Positions 60,001-64,000 of a DNA stretch of 64,000 nucleotides are shown in pieces. Where the stretch lies: positions 23,327 through 87,326 of the forward strand of contig MCFE01000361.1 of assembly GCA_002104905.1 (NCBI GenBank), in the 5' to 3' direction. Made by a program: the position numbers and the translations under genes. The DNA is from Basidiobolus meristosporus CBS 931.73 (lineage: Eukaryota; Fungi; Basidiobolomycota). Numbering within the stretch: position 1 is the stretch's first letter; the number at the start of each line of letters is the position of its first letter. Below the pieces are notes generated by a model. It saw only the letters and a program-made list of their open reading frames with translations. It was not told the DNA's origin and did not search any database.

Positions 60001-61596
60001 CCAAGAAACTGAACTCAGCAGAACAAAACTATCCAGTCCATGAGAAGGAGATGCTTGCTATAATACTCTGATTGAAGACATGGAGATGCTATATTGAAGG
60101 AGTCAAATGCCCTGTGAAGACTGATCATGCTTCCCTCAAGTATATATTTACTCAGAAGGTACTCTCTAGAAGAATGACAAGATGGAGTGAATACATTCAG
60201 CAATTTGACCTGGAGATTGTCTACTGCCCAGGAAAAAACAACACGGTTGCTGATGCCTTATCAAGATTAGATCAAGTTGCACAACTCAACTTGGTGCATG
60301 AATCAGATTGGCCTAGCCTATTACCAAAGTACTTGGAGGACCAAGCCATTCCTAAAGAGGTGGATGAAGATATCAAGAAGATAATCCGTGATGAAGCCAG
60401 CAAGTTTGTTGTACAGAATGAAACACTGTACCAAATTGTCAATGGAAGCCCTATTGCCTATTGTCCTTATGTTGCTTGCCTGGATTTAATAGATAAGCTA
60501 CATTATGGATATGGACATCTTGGAATTGAAGGAACCTATAGCCTTGTGAAAGCCAGAGCATGGTGGCCCAGAATGAAACAAGACATTGAGAAGCTAGTAA
60601 AAACATGCCCAAACTGCCAAATCAATCAAGGCCAGCTACAAAGAATTGCCAAACTCTTCCCTTTGGAGCCTGTAAGACCATCTGAGAGATGGGGAATTGA
60701 CTTTATTGGAAGACTGCCAACTACCAGGAAATGCAACTGTTGGATCCTAGTAGCAATTGACCATGCCACTAAATGGCCAGTTGCTAAAGCTGTACCAATA
60801 GCCAGTGAACAAGAAGTTGCAAGTTTCATTTACCATGAGATCCTGATGAAGTTTGAATGCCCTGTGGAGATCTTATCTGATAGAGGAGCAAACTTTATGG
60901 CAAAGACATTAGAGGCTTACCTGGAAATGCAGCAGATCAGACACTTGAAAACCTTGGCATATCACCCCAGAACTAATGGAGTCACTGAGCGGTTTAATGG
61001 ATTATTTGGAAAAATGCTGACCAAGTATGCAAATGGAGTTGTCAGTAGATGGGATGAGTATATAGATCAAGCACTCTTTGCATGCAGAGTCAGAGTACAC
61101 AACACCACCCAGCAATCACCATTTTACTTAGTTTATGGATGTGAACCAAGGATTCCAGGAGATCTCACACAACCAAAACTTACAGACACCTTAGAAGATG
61201 AACTCAGTCAGCCAAGTAGACACCAGCAACTGGAACAAAGACGTCAAGAGGCACAGACCAAAGTATCTCAAAGCGCAGAAAAGATGAAGCAGAGATTTGA
61301 TAAGACTATAGCACCAGAAGCATTGACAGTTGGGAACTTTGTATTGCTAAGAAACAACACTTGGAAGAAGTTTGAGCCACAATGGACAGGACCATTCAAG
61401 ATCATCAGGAATGTCCATTTGCAACTTACCAGCTGGTGGACAAACAAGGCAATATCCGGGAAGACTTAGTGCATAGGGACAGACTCAAGCTTGCAAGACT
61501 TGCTGATAATACTGAACCATCAAGATATTGGTATCACAAGAAAAGAGATTCAGGTGAACCCTCTCAACTTTAGTAGGGGAGAATGTTATGATCTGC
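57015..61596 (+). mobile_element. Young Ty3/gypsy element D2, near-identical to D1; 3' LTR truncated after 13 bp
   Basis: 5' LTR 57015-57382, PBS TGGTAGCAGCA at 57384-57394, gag 57441, pol to 61573. Stops at 58110, 59961 and ~60069, plus a 1-bp deletion near 61408. Confidence 0.94.
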
Positions 61597-61599
61597 AGG

Positions 61600-64000
61600 G
61601 AGGGTTTCTCAATATTCAGTAGCATTCTGTAACAGTTTCAGGGTTCATACATAATGCTTGGTAATAGTGCTTATTTGATCCTGACTATAGGGGAATAATC
61701 ATAAGATCATATATCTGGAGAAAGCGGCAAAGTTAAGGCAGCAAATAAGTCCTACAGTGACTAAGACTAGTCTAAATTGTTAAGTAAATTTTTAGCTGCT
61801 GAATGATACCAAATAGTCCAATATTTCAACACTCCCCCTCAACTAAATAATTTCTTAATCCCAATTTCTCTCTAAGGATCTCAAACTGTGGCCTAGCTAG
61901 TGGTTTTGTCAATATGTCTGCCACCATTTTGTCAGTTGGGCAGTAAACCAGCTCCACTAAGTTATTCTCTACAGCTTCCCTCACAAAGTGATGCTGTATA
62001 TCAATGTGCTTAGTTCTGGCATGAATAGTAGGATTTCTAGCTAATGAAATACAACTTTGATTATCCTTATAACTACATGTTGGCTCACCTGAATTAAAAC
62101 CTAAGTCTTTGAGTAATTTTGTAGCCCTACAGCCTCCTTAGTTGCTTGACATGCAGCCATATATTTGGCTTCAGTTGTAGATAGTGCCACAGTTGGTTGT
62201 TTCTTGCAATTCCAAGCAATAGCTGCACCAGCATATAGAAATACATAGCCTGTGGTACAGTGTCTGTCAATCAGATCCCTACCCCAATCTGAATCACTAT
62301 AACCATCAAATTTTTGCCTATTAGCTGCTCCAGAGTATTCCAGTACCATATTTATGGTACCTTGTAGATATCTGAAAATCTGCTTAACTGCTTCAATTTG
62401 ATCTGATCCATAATTCTGCATGAGTTGACTGACTATTCCAACTACTACTGCAATATCTAGATGTGTAGACACCATCAAGTACATTAGGATACCAGCCATT
62501 GATTGATAGGGAAAGTTTTGGTCCATATTTGAGCCGTTTTCATCTATAACTGGCTGAGATTTGCTTAATTTCAGTCATTGTCCATAGGGGTTGCTGCAGG
62601 TTTGCAATTTTTCATTTTGAAGCATCTAACAATGTCCCTGATATACTTAGACTGATTCAGCACAACTTTATGCATAGGTATGTCAAATTTGACCTCAATT
62701 GCAAGAAAATAGCTCAATTTTCCAAGATCTTTCATCTCAAACTTGCTGAAGAGATCTGATTTTGTCTGTTTAAGTGCCTCTTGATCACTTGTAGCTATAA
62801 TTAGGTTGTCCACATAAAGAACTAGGATGATCACACCCTTTTTGAGCTGTTTCACATAAATACTGTGATCTGCAGTGCTACAAGAGAACCCAACTTCCTC
62901 TAGAGATGTGTCAATCTTGTTATACCATGCTCTGGGGGCCTGCTTAAGCCCATACAACAATTTTCTAAGTTTGCACACCTTATGGGGGCCTTTTGGATTG
63001 GTAAAACCTTCTGGTTGCTTCATATATATAGTTTCTTGCAAGTCCCCATTTAGAAAGGCTGTTTTGACGTCCATTTGGTGTAGATCTAGACTGTGTACAG
63101 CTGCCAGGGCTAGAACTGTACTAATAGAGTTAAACTTGGCAACTGGAGCAAATGTTTCCTTAAAGTCTAGTCTCTGGATCTGAGAATATCCTTTAGCTAC
63201 CAATCTAGCCTTGTACTTATCAATGGCACCATTTAAGGTTATCTTGATCTTGTAGACCCATCTACATCCTATTGGCTTTCTCCCATTTGGTAAATCTACC
63301 AGTTCCCAAGTTTTTGCCTTGATCAGTGATTGGTACTCCTCCTGCATGGCTTGTTGCCACTTAGTTGCATCTAGACCTTGCATTGCCTGTTCCAGATTCT
63401 GAGGTTTGTCACATAAGGCAAGATAAGCTTCTTCATGATCATTGGATATCTGCCACCACAATCCAGGGGCATTTCTTATTATGGTAGATCTCCTAACTGG
63501 GAAAATCTGTTCTGATCTGGAATTGGTAGAAGTATCTTCCATCTCTGGCTGGATTTGGTACGTATCTTCTTCATTTGTGTTGATTGCATCCTCAAGCAGC
63601 TGGCCAATGATTTCTGTGGCTTTCTGATTTGAATTCTCCTCAAATACAATGTCCCTGCTCTTGATCAGCTTCTGAATTTTGCCATCATACACTCTATACC
63701 CTTTAGTATCTTCACAATACCCAAGAAAGATCCCTTTCCTACTCATTGGTTCCAACTTTGAGCATTTTTTGTCAGGGATGTGATAAAAAACATCACTGCC
63801 AAAGATCCTGAGGTGCTGGAGATCTGGTTTTTTGCATGTATATGCTTCAAAGGGTGTAAAATCACGTAGTGCTGTTGTTGGGCATCTGTTCTTGATGTAT
63901 ACAGCGGTAGCAACAGATTCAGCCCAAAACTTGTAGTCCATTCCCTTATCCTGTAGCATAGATCTGTCCCATCTCTACTATTGTTAGATTTGCACGTTCT
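61600..64000 (-). mobile_element. Ty1/copia family 2 element, 3' part (IN C-terminus, RT, RNase H, PPT, 3' LTR); continues beyond the window
   Basis: 462-aa ORF 62571-63959 (FWAESVATAVY, YKARLVAKGY, QMDVKTAFLNG, LYVDNL), GYSDSDW, PPT TTGAGGGGGAG, LTR starting TGTTGAAA at 61831. Confidence 0.92.

Noticed and set aside
18200-64000. Neurospora-type RIP as the cause of decay
   Set aside because: CpA and TpG are abundant while CpG is missing, and sister-copy differences centre on CpG, which fits 5mCpG deamination rather than CpA>TpA RIP.
1-64000. tRNA, rRNA, CRISPR arrays, telomeric repeats
   Set aside because: None seen; tRNA-like words are retroelement primer-binding sites only.

Overview
Eukaryotic DNA, almost certainly from an early-diverging (non-Dikarya-like) fungus; the species cannot be fixed from sequence alone. 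The window has two sharply separated compartments. (1) Bases 1 to ~18,200 are a gene-dense, CpG-normal arm with eight tightly packed, mostly intron-containing genes: a motif-rich acidic protein (partial), END3, ROK1/DDX52, TBCK, an atypical NAD(P)-binding SDR, MTHFS/FAU1, a 1341-aa orphan and BORCS5/myrlysin. (2) Bases ~18,200-64,000 are a gene-free, strongly CpG-depleted stack of nested transposons: two Ty1/copia families, three Ty3/gypsy families (one a chromovirus), a CACTA/CMC remnant, an unclassified repeat and a PHIS (Harbinger-like) DNA transposon family. The most interesting object is the PHIS element at 29371-33525. Its transposase half has lost essentially all CpG and is split by a 734-bp palindromic MITE of its own family. 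Its other half keeps many CpGs and carries an intact 384-aa ORF with a SAP-like DNA-binding motif and a C-terminal NLS, a candidate anti-silencing or domesticated partner gene. All alignments, counts and exon boundaries were made by eye; no searches were run.
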